Shown here in pieces: positions 29,943 through 40,500 of a stretch of DNA of 64,000 nucleotides (positions within the stretch are counted from its first letter, which is position 1; each line of letters begins with the position of its first letter). Under the pieces are notes generated by a model, which saw nothing but the letters and a program-made list of their open reading frames with translations, made no database searches and was not told the origin of the DNA. The translations under genes were made by a program, and so were the position numbers. Source of the stretch: an uncultured Marinobacter sp. (GTDB lineage Bacteria > Pseudomonadota > Gammaproteobacteria > Pseudomonadales > Oleiphilaceae); the NCBI GenBank assembly GCA_964632565.1, contig CAZWEP010000003.1:3845-67844 (forward strand). Direction: 5' to 3'.

Positions 29943-31349
29943 TTACTTGCCAATCAAAGACTGGCCGCAAACTCTGACAACGTTGCCGTTAACGCCATTA
30001 GATGCAGGATTGCAGTACCAGGCGATCGCTTCGGCGACGTCCACGGGTAAGCCGCCCTGAGACAGGCTATTCATTCGGCGACCCGCCTCACGAATGGTTA
30101 TCGGCATTTCCGCGGTCATCTGAGTCTCAATGAAGCCAGGCGCAATGGCATTAATGGTCACGCCATTTTTAATCTGCTTGGCCATCGCCTCAACATAACC
30201 GATCACACCGCATTTGGCGGTTGAATAGTTCGTTTGTCCGAAGTTACCAGCGATTCCGCTGATGGATGAAATGCAGACGATTCGACCGTTTTCCCGAAGC
30301 AGCTCCCGCTTCATGAGCTCTTCGTCAATGTGCTCTTCGGCCGTCAGGTTAACGGCAATGGTCATGTCCCAGAAATGATCCGGCATGTTGCCCAGCGTCT
30401 TGTCGCGGGTAATGCCAGCGTTGTGAATGACAAGATCGATGCCGCCGAATTGCTTCTCGACAAAGTCACCAATGATGCGAGGCGCATCTTTATCAGTGAT
30501 GTCGCAGGTGAGGACTTTGCCTTTTATGGGCGCCATCACTTTCTCTAGCTCGTCTTTCGCTGGTGGAATATCCAGCCCGATGACTGTGGCTCCGTCTCTG
30601 GCGAGAGTTTCAGCAATAGAGGCACCGATGCCTCGGGATGCGCCAGTGACAAGGGCCACTTTACCAGAAAGAGGCGCAACCGGATTCATGCTGGGTGCGT
30701 TGTCGCTCTTGCCGATACGGGTGACCTGGCCAGACACGTAGGCCGATCTTGGCGACAGAAAGAACCGCACGGTCGAATCAATGTGATTCTCGGCCCCCGG
30801 AGCGACCCAGACCAGGTTGGCGGTTGAGCCTTTCTTGCCGATTTCTTTTGCAACGCTGCGGGTAAACCCTTCCAGTGCTTGATGCGCTGCGGCTTTTGCC
30901 GGAGCCCGGCAAGACGCAGGATCCTGGCCGATGATAAGGATCCGGCCGTTGCCACCCAGCTTACGGACCACCGGGTGGAAAAAATCGTAAACGGCCCTCA
31001 AGTCGTTCGTGTCTTTCATTCCGGTTGCATCGAAAACCAGCGCTGAAAATTTCTGTTCAACGTCTGCGTCCAATGCAATTGGTTTTGCTTTGTTGCCTGC
31101 TTTGGAAGAATCGTCCAGAGTGGAAATGTTGCTGGCGTGGAACAGAGTGGCCGGGCTGGCACCCAGGGTTCGGCCAATGTGGCTGATCACTTTTCCGCCT
31201 TTGGCTGCGCCCACAAGAACATCCCCCTCAACAAACGGCTGATCGCCGCGCTTCCAGCGCTTGAGGGGAACCGGGGCGGGTAGCCCCAATGATTGAGCGG
31301 CGGTTTTACCCACCGGGGTATTCACGAATTTAAGGTAAAGGTCAGACAT
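29943..31349 (-). CDS. High-molecular-weight 3-oxoacyl-(ACP/CoA) reductase (FabG4-like)
   Basis: N-terminal flavodoxin-like part plus SDR: ALVTGASRGIG, HNAGITRDK, GQTNYSTAK, APGFIET. Confidence 0.9.
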   Translation of the reverse strand: MSDLYLKFVNTPVGKTAAQSLGLPAPVPLKRWKRGDQPFVEGDVLVGAAKGGKVISHIGRTLGASPATLFHASNISTLDDSSKAGNKAKPIALDADVEQKFSALVFDATGMKDTNDLRAVYDFFHPVVRKLGGNGRILIIGQDPASCRAPAKAAAHQALEGFTRSVAKEIGKKGSTANLVWVAPGAENHIDSTVRFFLSPRSAYVSGQVTRIGKSDNAPSMNPVAPLSGKVALVTGASRGIGASIAETLARDGATVIGLDIPPAKDELEKVMAPIKGKVLTCDITDKDAPRIIGDFVEKQFGGIDLVIHNAGITRDKTLGNMPDHFWDMTIAVNLTAEEHIDEELMKRELLRENGRIVCISSISGIAGNFGQTNYSTAKCGVIGYVEAMAKQIKNGVTINAIAPGFIETQMTAEMPITIREAGRRMNSLSQGGLPVDVAEAIAWYCNPASNGVNGNVVRVCGQSLIGK

Positions 31350-31516
31350 AGCATTTTCCTTGTACGGGTACGAATCAGGCGTACAGATTAAAGAATCGGC
31401 CAGCGTTTCAATTGACTCAAGGCTCCCGGGCAACTGTCAAAGGTGCCAATGAGCGGGGCTACGTTGACGTTAGACTGCAAAGCCATCGAACACTTGAAGA
31501 GATATAGGACATCATC

Positions 31517-32854
31517 ATGGCACAGGCTCCAAAGACCACCCAAAAGAAAACTGCGACCACCAAAAAAGCCTCAAAGTCGGCTTCCGGCGTTAAGAGGGTA
31601 GCGGTAATTGGCGGTAACCGCGTGCCGTTCGCCCGCTCCAATACGGCTTACAGCAAGGTCAGTAACCAGGAACTGCTGACTTCGACGCTTCGCGGTCTGG
31701 TGGACCGCTTCGGTCTTCAGGGACAACAGATGGGTGAAGTTGTGGCTGGCGCCGTGATCAAGCACTCTCGGGATTTTAACCTCACCAGAGAAGCAGTTCT
31801 GAGCAGCGGTCTGGCACCAGAAACGCCTGCGTATGACATCCAGCAAGCTTGCGGTACCGGCCTGGAAGCGGCGATTCTCGTGGCGAACAAAATCGCGTTG
31901 GGCCAGATTGAGTGTGGCATTGCTGGCGGCACGGATACCACGTCCGATGCGCCGATTGGTGTCAGTGAGGGCCTGAGAGATATTCTGCTGGACCTTAACC
32001 GGGCCAAGACAGCCGGTGAGCGTTTGAAGGCACTATCGCGTTTCCGACCCAAGCACCTGGCCCCACTCATTCCGCAAAATGGCGAGCCACGCACCGGGCT
32101 TTCCATGGGCGGCCATTGCCAGATCACCGCACATGAGTGGTCGATTCCCCGCGACGAGCAGGACAAGCTTGCCTATGAAAGCCACCAGAAATTGGCGGCA
32201 GCCTATGATGAAGGCTTCTTTTCTGACCTGATGACGCCCTTGGCGGGCCTGAACAAGGACAATATCCTTCGCCCGGATACCACGCTGGAGAAATTGGCGA
32301 CACTCAAGCCGGTGTTCGACCGCGAACATGGAACTATGACCGCGGCCAACAGCACCGCCCTGACAGACGGTGCATCCTGCGTATTGCTCGCCAGCGAAGA
32401 GTGGGCGAAGGCCAATAACATGGAGGTGAAGGCCTACCTGACGTTCTCGGAAGTCGCTGCCGTGGATTTCGTTGATAAGAAAGAAGGCCTCCTGATGGCG
32501 CCAGCCTACGCCGTGCCACGGATGCTGGAGAAGGCGGGACTGACCCTGCAGGACTTCGATTTCTATGAAATCCACGAAGCATTTGCCGCGCAGGTGCTGT
32601 CTACGCTGAAAGCCTGGGAAGATCCTGTGTTCTGTAAAGACAAGTTGGGTCTGTCAAAGCCTCTGGGCAGCATTGATCGCAGCAAAATGAACGTGAAAGG
32701 CAGCAGCCTGGCTACCGGTCACCCGTTTGCCGCTACCGGTGGTCGAATTGTCGCCACGCTCGCCAAGCTTTTGGAAGAAAAAGGCAGTGGCCGCGGATTG
32801 ATTTCCATCTGTGCCGCTGGCGGTCAGGGCGTGACAGCGATTCTGGAGCGGTAA
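31517..32854 (+). CDS. Acetyl-CoA C-acyltransferase (thiolase)
   Basis: QQACGTG, EIHEAFA, GHPFAATG, SICAAGGQG. Confidence 0.95.
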   Translation: MAQAPKTTQKKTATTKKASKSASGVKRVAVIGGNRVPFARSNTAYSKVSNQELLTSTLRGLVDRFGLQGQQMGEVVAGAVIKHSRDFNLTREAVLSSGLAPETPAYDIQQACGTGLEAAILVANKIALGQIECGIAGGTDTTSDAPIGVSEGLRDILLDLNRAKTAGERLKALSRFRPKHLAPLIPQNGEPRTGLSMGGHCQITAHEWSIPRDEQDKLAYESHQKLAAAYDEGFFSDLMTPLAGLNKDNILRPDTTLEKLATLKPVFDREHGTMTAANSTALTDGASCVLLASEEWAKANNMEVKAYLTFSEVAAVDFVDKKEGLLMAPAYAVPRMLEKAGLTLQDFDFYEIHEAFAAQVLSTLKAWEDPVFCKDKLGLSKPLGSIDRSKMNVKGSSLATGHPFAATGGRIVATLAKLLEEKGSGRGLISICAAGGQGVTAILER

Positions 32855-32879
32855 GTTTCGGGAAATTCTGACATTTCCT

Positions 32880-32908
32880 TTGACACAGTGGGCTGCGATC
32901 CTTATCAT
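32880..32908 (+). promoter_or_regulatory. Sigma70 promoter of tRNA-fMet
   Basis: TTGACA-N17-TATCAT followed by GC-rich TCGCCGC. Confidence 0.8.
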
Positions 32909-32951
32909 TCGCCGCACGTTCAACGAGCCATTCGTTGAGCACACAGTTTGA

Positions 32952-33028
<77 letters not shown>

Positions 33029-33031
33029 ATT

Positions 33032-33066
33032 AAAAAGGCAGATCAGGAAACTGATCTGCCTTTTTT
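33032..33066. terminator. Bidirectional rho-independent terminator
   Basis: AAAAAGGCAGATCAG-GAAA-CTGATCTGCCTTTTTT between tRNA-fMet and the convergent amidase. Confidence 0.92.
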
Positions 33067-33096
33067 GTTATGGCAATCTCACACAGTTCCAGATGG

Positions 33097-34575
33097 TTAT
33101 GAGAGTCCATCCGGTACCGAAAATCCTGCCAACCCGGCGTCTTCGAGAAGCTCGGCAAACCTGATCGTCGTCAGATCCATACCCGGCGCACCAATCACCT
33201 GGATATTGAAGGGTAAACCATTCTCTGTTCTACCAACCGGCACCGAGGTAGCAGGGAGGCCCAGCAAAGTGGCCAGGGTAATCCAGCAGAACTGGTCCAT
33301 GTAGGCTCTGGGTTTCCCGCCAACTGTAATTGTGCGTTTGAACACGGGGTTGCTGTGGTCGTGCTGTATGGCCGCTGTCGGCGTTATGGGCGTCAGAAGG
33401 ACATCAAACTCTTTGAACAGCTCGCTAATTTGAGCCCGCATCTTTTCTCGGGTCTCGCTCCAGGCGGCCCACTCGGCGACGGACTGGTTGACGCCTCGCC
33501 CGTATTCGCCAATGTGTGCGGTTACCGGCCCGAAGAGATGCAAGTATTTCTCGAGTCGGGCAATCCACTTCATCTGTCGGCGCTGGGCCGGTTTCATCGA
33601 GGTGCTTAGCAGGCTGCCCAGCAGATTGAAGTAGGGCGGCAGAATATGAGCAAGGTTCAGAAGGTCGTGGCCAGCGGGTGAGACCAGGGCGCCCTTTGAC
33701 TCAAGGTCTTCAGCCAGTTTTCGGTAACCGACACTGAGCTCTTCTTCGATCGGGCAGAGTCCGTCCTCCAGCCAGAGGCCCACCCTTGCCTGTTCCAGAG
33801 ACGTCAGAGTGGCCGGCGCCATAGCCAACTGCCAGCTGTTTTTTTCCCTTTCGCCCGGGCCGGCAATCACTTCCAGAAGTAAGGCGAGGTCTTTTGCTGT
33901 TCTCGCCATGGGGCCACCCTCGGCCAGATCCGGGCGGGATTCGGTACCTGGCGGTCCCGGAATGTGCCCGCGAAAAGACACCAGGGCGCGGGACGGCTTA
34001 TGCCCGAAAACGCCGCAGAAATGAGCAGGGATGCGAATGGAACCAGCCAGATCACTGCCCACTTCCAATGGGGTCATGCCGCTGCACAATGCCGCCGCAG
34101 CGCCGCCGGAGGATCCGCCGGGTGTGTGATCTGCGTTGTGGGGGTTAACGGTGACGCCGAAAACCTTGTTGTAACTCTGGAGATCTGTCGCATAGAGAGG
34201 GATGTTGGTTTTACCGAGAATAATAGCGCCAGCTTCTTCTAATCTCTGCACCACATCGGCATGTCGATCCGGGATGTGATTCTTCAGCGCGGGCGCACCG
34301 GCGGTGCAGGTCAGGCCAGCCACCTCCCAGGTGTCTTTGATAGTCAGAGGCAAACCGTGAAGTGGGCCCAGACGTTCGCCACGACGGTGGGCCTCGTCGG
34401 CCTCAGTTGCCCTGGCGAGGGCATGCTCTTCATTCAGCGTTACCACCGCGTTTATATCCGGGTTGAGACGCTGAATGCGTTGAAGGAGCGTCTTGGTCAG
34501 CACGGTGCTGGTGACCGTGCCTTCGTTCAAAGCGGCAACGAGGTCAGTGGCAGATTGGTAATACAGTGGGTTCAT
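33097..34575 (-). CDS. Amidase signature family enzyme
   Basis: GPLHGLPLTIKD (Lys), GKTN, TPGGSSGG, GSDLAGSIRIPAHFCG (Ser-cisSer-Lys triad). Confidence 0.93.
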   Translation of the reverse strand: MNPLYYQSATDLVAALNEGTVTSTVLTKTLLQRIQRLNPDINAVVTLNEEHALARATEADEAHRRGERLGPLHGLPLTIKDTWEVAGLTCTAGAPALKNHIPDRHADVVQRLEEAGAIILGKTNIPLYATDLQSYNKVFGVTVNPHNADHTPGGSSGGAAAALCSGMTPLEVGSDLAGSIRIPAHFCGVFGHKPSRALVSFRGHIPGPPGTESRPDLAEGGPMARTAKDLALLLEVIAGPGEREKNSWQLAMAPATLTSLEQARVGLWLEDGLCPIEEELSVGYRKLAEDLESKGALVSPAGHDLLNLAHILPPYFNLLGSLLSTSMKPAQRRQMKWIARLEKYLHLFGPVTAHIGEYGRGVNQSVAEWAAWSETREKMRAQISELFKEFDVLLTPITPTAAIQHDHSNPVFKRTITVGGKPRAYMDQFCWITLATLLGLPATSVPVGRTENGLPFNIQVIGAPGMDLTTIRFAELLEDAGLAGFSVPDGLS

Positions 34576-34605
34576 CGCAGTCTCTTCTTATTACAATCAG
34601 TGTTA

Positions 34606-35610
34606 TCAGCGAAGGTCCTCGCGCCAGTGCTTCACCCCTACCTGGGTTTTTATCGCATCCAGAATCTCTACCAGCAGATTGATCAGCGCTTCGTTATGGA
34701 CTTCCTCCACACCAGGCGTTGGTGATGGGAGGAAGACATTAACAATATCTTCAATGAATGCGTGATTGGAGGAAGAGGCCAAATCTTCCAGAATTTGATG
34801 TATGACATTGGCAACGATGTCGCCAACGCACTCCTCGAGGGTTTCCTGAATGGTGGGACCAACGACCGGCAGGTACTTGAGTCGAGACAGTTCCAGGTTC
34901 TGTTTTAAGGCCGAATCTACACGATCCTCAAGGTATGTTCGCAATGCCCCTCTGTTGGGAACATAGCCCTGTTGCGCCGCCTCGGCTACCCTCTGGGAAA
35001 TCCAGTCCGAAAGCATCGCTCGTCGCGGATAAAGAATGTCGTTTTGAATTCGCTCGAATAAAGGGGATCCCTTACGGATTTCGTCCTGAGCACCGGTAAT
35101 GACCTTGATCACGATCCGGTCCGACAATTCCTCAAGGAAGGCTTCGTAGTAAAAGTGGAAGAACTTGAACGTTTTGGTTTGGGTAACGTCGATGATTTTG
35201 TATTGGTGCAGTCGGTAGATAATCGAGATGACCCGCAGGACCCGTAGGAAACGAAAACTGCCAACCGGAATACAACCGATAATGTCGTACCAGTGAATGA
35301 ACGGATAGAAATACCAGCGGTCATACACCTTTGCTTTTATCGCGTAGCCCCAACGCAGAACAAATTCCGACAGGAAAATCGCGACGAATATCAGGTCGTA
35401 GACAATGAAGTTTCGATGGATTGGCTGGTAAGCTTCGGTAATCGCCGGTGACAGGCTGGCGAGGCCGTCCTGGACCACTTCAAAGCCGTAAATGGAGTCG
35501 AAAATGATGAACGCCAGGTTGAGGATTAACAGGCCGAGCATCGCGAAATCAATGACGAACCAGATCAACTGGTGGCTTTTTTTCAGGTTTTCCGTGTTTA
35601 TATGAAGCAT
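34606..35610 (-). CDS. Ion_trans-like voltage-sensor (S1-S4) membrane protein with helical C-terminal domain
   Basis: IFLSEFVLRW, WYDIIGCIP, RFLRVLRV motifs; no pore helices visible after S4. Confidence 0.75.
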   Translation of the reverse strand: MLHINTENLKKSHQLIWFVIDFAMLGLLILNLAFIIFDSIYGFEVVQDGLASLSPAITEAYQPIHRNFIVYDLIFVAIFLSEFVLRWGYAIKAKVYDRWYFYPFIHWYDIIGCIPVGSFRFLRVLRVISIIYRLHQYKIIDVTQTKTFKFFHFYYEAFLEELSDRIVIKVITGAQDEIRKGSPLFERIQNDILYPRRAMLSDWISQRVAEAAQQGYVPNRGALRTYLEDRVDSALKQNLELSRLKYLPVVGPTIQETLEECVGDIVANVIHQILEDLASSSNHAFIEDIVNVFLPSPTPGVEEVHNEALINLLVEILDAIKTQVGVKHWREDLR

Positions 35611-35831
35611 TCGAGAGCCCGCTGTCTGGAATTCGCTTTCGTACGCTCGCAAACCGGGTTTACGAGTTTTTAATGCAACTCAGGTCGTCAGGTTAGCGTA
35701 TTTCCGACAGCTAAACGACTGGCGTTAAAGGTCATTCCGTCCGTTGCGTTAGGTTAACTTGACCTAACCCCGCTAAAATCTCAGTGTGAATTTTCGGTCG
35801 GCTTTCAACTCACAGAGACGTCACGCGCAGG

Positions 35832-37586
35832 ATGCACTGCCAGTTAACTTCCAAACACCATGTCTATGCCCTCGTTGTTCTGGGCCTGCTGATGCTGCCC
35901 CCCGCGGCTGTCGCCGAGCAGGTATTTGTTGAGGTCAGAGGAGATTTTCCAGCATTGCAGGACAATGCTGATGCATTCTTGCAGGACGTTGAAGGCCGCA
36001 CGGCAGATGGTCTTCGGCGTTATGTTCCCACAGCGCAAAAACAGATCGAGACGGCGCTTCGTGCACTTGGCTATTACAACCCTGCGATTGATTGGTCCAT
36101 CGAACGTCCGGAGGGTGACGAGGGGCCAGCGGAACTCCGCCTGACGGTAGAGCCTGGCGAACCCGTCCGGGTCAGGTCAAGGCAGGTCGAAATCCGCGGT
36201 GCGGCCTCTGATGATCCCGAATTTCAGTTGAATCTGCCGGACCGTCCTGCCGTTGGCGACGTCCTTAACCACGGGGAGTATACCGCGCTCAGACAGACCA
36301 TTCAGCGCCTGGCAAGTCGGCTCGGATATTTCGATGGCCAGTTTGTGACTCGAAAGCTGGAAGTGAATCCCAAGGAAAAAACAGCGGATATTACCCTCGA
36401 ATACAAAAGTGGTGAGCGCTATCGCTTGGGTGACGTCACGTTCAATGAGGGCCATGGCTTTGAAACTTCGCTGTTAAACCAGTTTGTCACTTTCGAGCGG
36501 GGAGAGCTTTATCACTCCGACAAGGTGGCCAAACTGAACAGCGATCTCTCAGGCAGCGGTTATTTCGCCAGTGTAGACGTCGACGCGAACCCGGCGATGG
36601 CTGAGGATGGTGTGGTGCCGGTAGAGGTCAGTCTGCGCACGCGGCCGCCAAGATCCATTGCAGCGGGTGTGGGCTTTTCCACGGACGTAGGGCCGCGGTT
36701 TCGCACCACCTGGCGTGAACATTGGATTAATCCCATGGGGCATCGACGTGGCGCGGAAACCGAATTATCACGTCCCCGGCAAAATGTGTCGTTGTGGTAC
36801 GAGCTTCCCCTGGATCCACCCATGACGGATTCGATCAGGCTCTCGGCTGGCTATCAGCACGAGGATATCGAAGATGTTGAGTCCGATCTGTTTACGCTGG
36901 GGCAACAGTGGAAACATCAGTTGGACAATGACTGGCTGCAGACGGCTTCGATCCGTTGGGAAGATGAGCGTTTCCGTTTTGGTGATGGTTCGACCGAACG
37001 CAGTCAGTTATTGCTGCCTGGAATTGGCTACTCGATACTGGAGGCGGACTCGGCCTTCGACCCGTCCAAGGGTTATCGTCTGTCGGTTGAACTGACCGGC
37101 GCTCATCGAGCCCTTCTATCCGATGCAGACATCGCGCACGTCCTGGGTGTCGCCAAAGGTTTATATACTCTTTGGGATAATCATCGATTCCTTGCTCGGG
37201 CCCGGGTGGGCGGTGTCGCTACGAATCAGTTCGATGATGTTCCTCCATCGCTGCGTTTTTTCGCCGGTGGCGATCAGAGTGTTCGCGGCTACGGTTACGA
37301 AACCCTGACGCCTGAGGATGAGGAAGGAAATGGTGTTGGTGGCCGTTACCTCCTGGCAGGAAGCCTTGAGTATCAGTATCAGTTTGCTGACAACTGGCGG
37401 GCAGCTCTCTTTGTCGACGAGGGGAACGCCATAGACGATCTATCTGATGCGCTGGCGACGGGCGCGGGTATTGGTATTCGTTGGATCAGTCCGGTCGGAC
37501 CGATTCGGCTGGACGTTGCCAAAGGACTTGACCCGGAATTTGGCGGCGAGTGGCGAGTCCACTTTTCTATGGGGCCTGAGCTATGA
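35832..37586 (+). CDS. tamA: Translocation and assembly module TamA (Omp85 family)
   Basis: POTRA motifs (ALRALGYY, RLGYFD, SGYF), RFFAGGDQSVRGYGY, SPVGPIRLD, HFSMGPEL. Confidence 0.93.
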   Translation: MHCQLTSKHHVYALVVLGLLMLPPAAVAEQVFVEVRGDFPALQDNADAFLQDVEGRTADGLRRYVPTAQKQIETALRALGYYNPAIDWSIERPEGDEGPAELRLTVEPGEPVRVRSRQVEIRGAASDDPEFQLNLPDRPAVGDVLNHGEYTALRQTIQRLASRLGYFDGQFVTRKLEVNPKEKTADITLEYKSGERYRLGDVTFNEGHGFETSLLNQFVTFERGELYHSDKVAKLNSDLSGSGYFASVDVDANPAMAEDGVVPVEVSLRTRPPRSIAAGVGFSTDVGPRFRTTWREHWINPMGHRRGAETELSRPRQNVSLWYELPLDPPMTDSIRLSAGYQHEDIEDVESDLFTLGQQWKHQLDNDWLQTASIRWEDERFRFGDGSTERSQLLLPGIGYSILEADSAFDPSKGYRLSVELTGAHRALLSDADIAHVLGVAKGLYTLWDNHRFLARARVGGVATNQFDDVPPSLRFFAGGDQSVRGYGYETLTPEDEEGNGVGGRYLLAGSLEYQYQFADNWRAALFVDEGNAIDDLSDALATGAGIGIRWISPVGPIRLDVAKGLDPEFGGEWRVHFSMGPEL

Positions 37587-40500
37587 CGCAGCCTGAGCAG
37601 GATAAAGCGACGGAACAATCCCCGCCTCCGCGCCAACCTCGTCGGGTGAGGTTCTGGCTGTTTACTCTATTTGCCGTCGTGATTCTGGTGCCTCTTGTCC
37701 TGCTATTGGGTGTTTTACTGGCCTTGCGTTCAGAGACGGGAACGGCCTGGGTGATCGAGCAGGTTCCCGGTCTTCACGTCGAAAACGGGCGCGGAAGTCT
37801 TTTGGGTAGATGGTACGCCAACAGTTTGAGCTGGCGAGGCTTCGGTGTTGGTGTTCATTTGCGTAGCCCGCTTGTGGACTGGTCGCCATCCTGTCTTGCT
37901 GAACTGCAGTTTTGTCTGGAAACACTGGAGGCGGAATCTGTAACGATTGAGACGCAGCAAACAGCGACCGAGGAGAAGACATCGTCTCCCGTGACACTTC
38001 CCGAGCTGCAATTGCCCATTGGACTGGCCATTCGGTCTGTCGATGTTGGTAAGACCACGCTCAATCAAACCCTGTTGTGGAATCGATTAACGATAAGTGC
38101 CGAAAGTTCCGGATCGGACTGGACGCTCGCAAACCTCAGCGTGAGGAGAGATTCACTGGCACTCACCGCATCGGGATGGTTTCAGACGCGACGTGACTGG
38201 CCACTGGATTTGAACGTCCAACTGGACCTGCCGCCACAGCAGGAGCGCCCCTGGGCTGTCGATCTCGATCTCAGTGGCAGTGTCAGGGACATGTTGCTGC
38301 GTGGACAGAGTTCTGGATACCTGGCGGCCGACTTGTCCGGACGACTTGAACCATTGGACGAGGCTTTGCCGGCCCAGCTTCAAATTGACATTCCAGAGTT
38401 CCTCGCCAGTGAGGCGCTGCCACCAACGCTTACGTTAACGGGCACCGACGTGGTGATCAAAGGAAGCCTTGCAGAGGGTTTTAAAACAAACCTTACGGCG
38501 CAACTGCCCGGGCGGGAAGGGCTCATTGACCTTGGGCTGGATGGTGTTGTGACGACGTCGGGCGTTGAAGGCATTGACCTTCGTTTGATTGGCAAGGGAA
38601 CAGGTGACGCCAGCGCGGGCAGGGTCTCTGTCACTGGCGAATTGTCCTGGGAAGAGGCGCTGTCACTTGATGCGCAACTGGTACTGGATGCGTTTCCCTG
38701 GCACCACCTGATCCCGGACGTGGAGCCGCCGCCTGTGACGCTGGATCGGTTTACAGCCGATCTGCTTTACGAAGATGGTACTTACAGTGCGACGTTTGAT
38801 GCTGCCGTTAACGGGCCCATGGGTCCGGCTGAGCTTGCGTCGATGATCGAAGGGGACCTTGAACAGTTGAAGCTCCGCGAGCTCAAAGTCAAGTCTGGCG
38901 CTGGGTTTATGGGTGGCAATGCGTCATTGAACTTTGCTAACGAAGTTCGTTGGCAGGCTGATCTGAACCTGAGTCAATTCAATCCAGGCTATTGGATACC
39001 GCAACTGCAGGCCAGTCTGGACGGCACGGTGACCAGCCAGGGTCGGCTGCCCCAGGATGCCGCACCAGACATTTCCGCACAGTGGGATCTTGAGGGGCAG
39101 TGGCGTAGTAGCCCGGCAGAATTGCAGGGATCGGTGCGTCAGCAGGATGCGCAGATTACGCTGAGAAATCTGTCCGTTTTGATTGGCGAGAACCGTGTTT
39201 CTGGCTCAGGCGCTTGGGGCCCTCAGCTGGACGGCCAATTCGCCATTGATCTTCAGCAGCCCTCCGTCCTGATGCCGGGGCTGAGTGGAGCCCTGCAGGG
39301 CGAGCTATCGGTGTCTGGTACCCGGCAAAGGCCGCAAGGCTCTGTCAATCTATCCGGTGAGGCTTTGGGCTGGCAGGATCAGGTAAGTGTGCAACGGCTG
39401 AAGGTCGCAGGGACCCTGAAGGAAGATGGCAAAGTAGACGCAGAGCTCGCGGCGGAAACATTGAAAAGCGCCGGAGAGGTGCTCGAAAGTCTGGATCTCA
39501 AGTTGTCAGGTTCCCAGGACCGTCACCGTCTGACCGTGAATGCCCAACATAAGGAAGCAACCGTGGAACTCGCGTTCGCAGGCGCTGCCAGCGAGGCGTG
39601 GACTGCGTGGGAAGGCCAGCTCAGCAGAGGTGCGATAGATGTGGTTAGCCAGAAACAATCCTGGCGGCTGTCAGAGCCCGCTGACCTGAATTATTCCGAA
39701 TCCGGCGCTCTTACCTTCGGCGACCATTGCTGGCGCTGGGATCAGGCCTCGGTGTGCGCCGGAGATCAGACGCTGCTTCCGAATCAGCGTCTGGACTACA
39801 AGATTCGAAATTTCCCGACCGCGGCGCTGTCTCCGCTGATGCCCGAGCCGCTACGCTGGGACACTACTTTGAATGCAGACATTCAATTGGATGTTCTCCC
39901 ACAAGGTCCGAAAGGCGCGATACAGGTCGACGCCGGTTCGGGAAAGTTCTCAGTGCTCAACGGCGAGGACTGGGAAGATTTCAATTACGACACACTGACC
40001 GCCGGGGCCACTTTCCAGCCTGAGGAGGCGACCATTTCGGCAAACGTCAGTGGTCCACGTCTTGGCGATCTGAATGCCGAATTATCCATTGATCCCACCA
40101 CTAAGAAGCGTGAGGTGGAGGGCAATTTCTCGGTCGACGGATTGGACGTTGCTATCGCAGCAGTCTTTGCCAAGCTTGAAAAAGTGCAGGGCAAACTCAA
40201 CGGCAGCGGACGGATAACCGGGCCCTTGATGAAACCTCAGGTAATCGGCGAGCTGGCGCTGACGGATGGCCTGGTGTCAGATCCGTCATTGCCTTTACCG
40301 CTTGAAGATGTGGTTTTGAACGTGGATTTGCAGGGATACGCGGCGGAACTTGATGCCAAATGGACCAGCAATGCCCGCAGTAAAGGCCAACTGGATGGCA
40401 CGATTGACTGGGAGTCCGATCCGGCGATTGACCTGACTCTGACCGGTGAGAGATTGCCCTTTAATTACGATCCCTACGCGCAGGTTGAGCTGGCTCCCGA

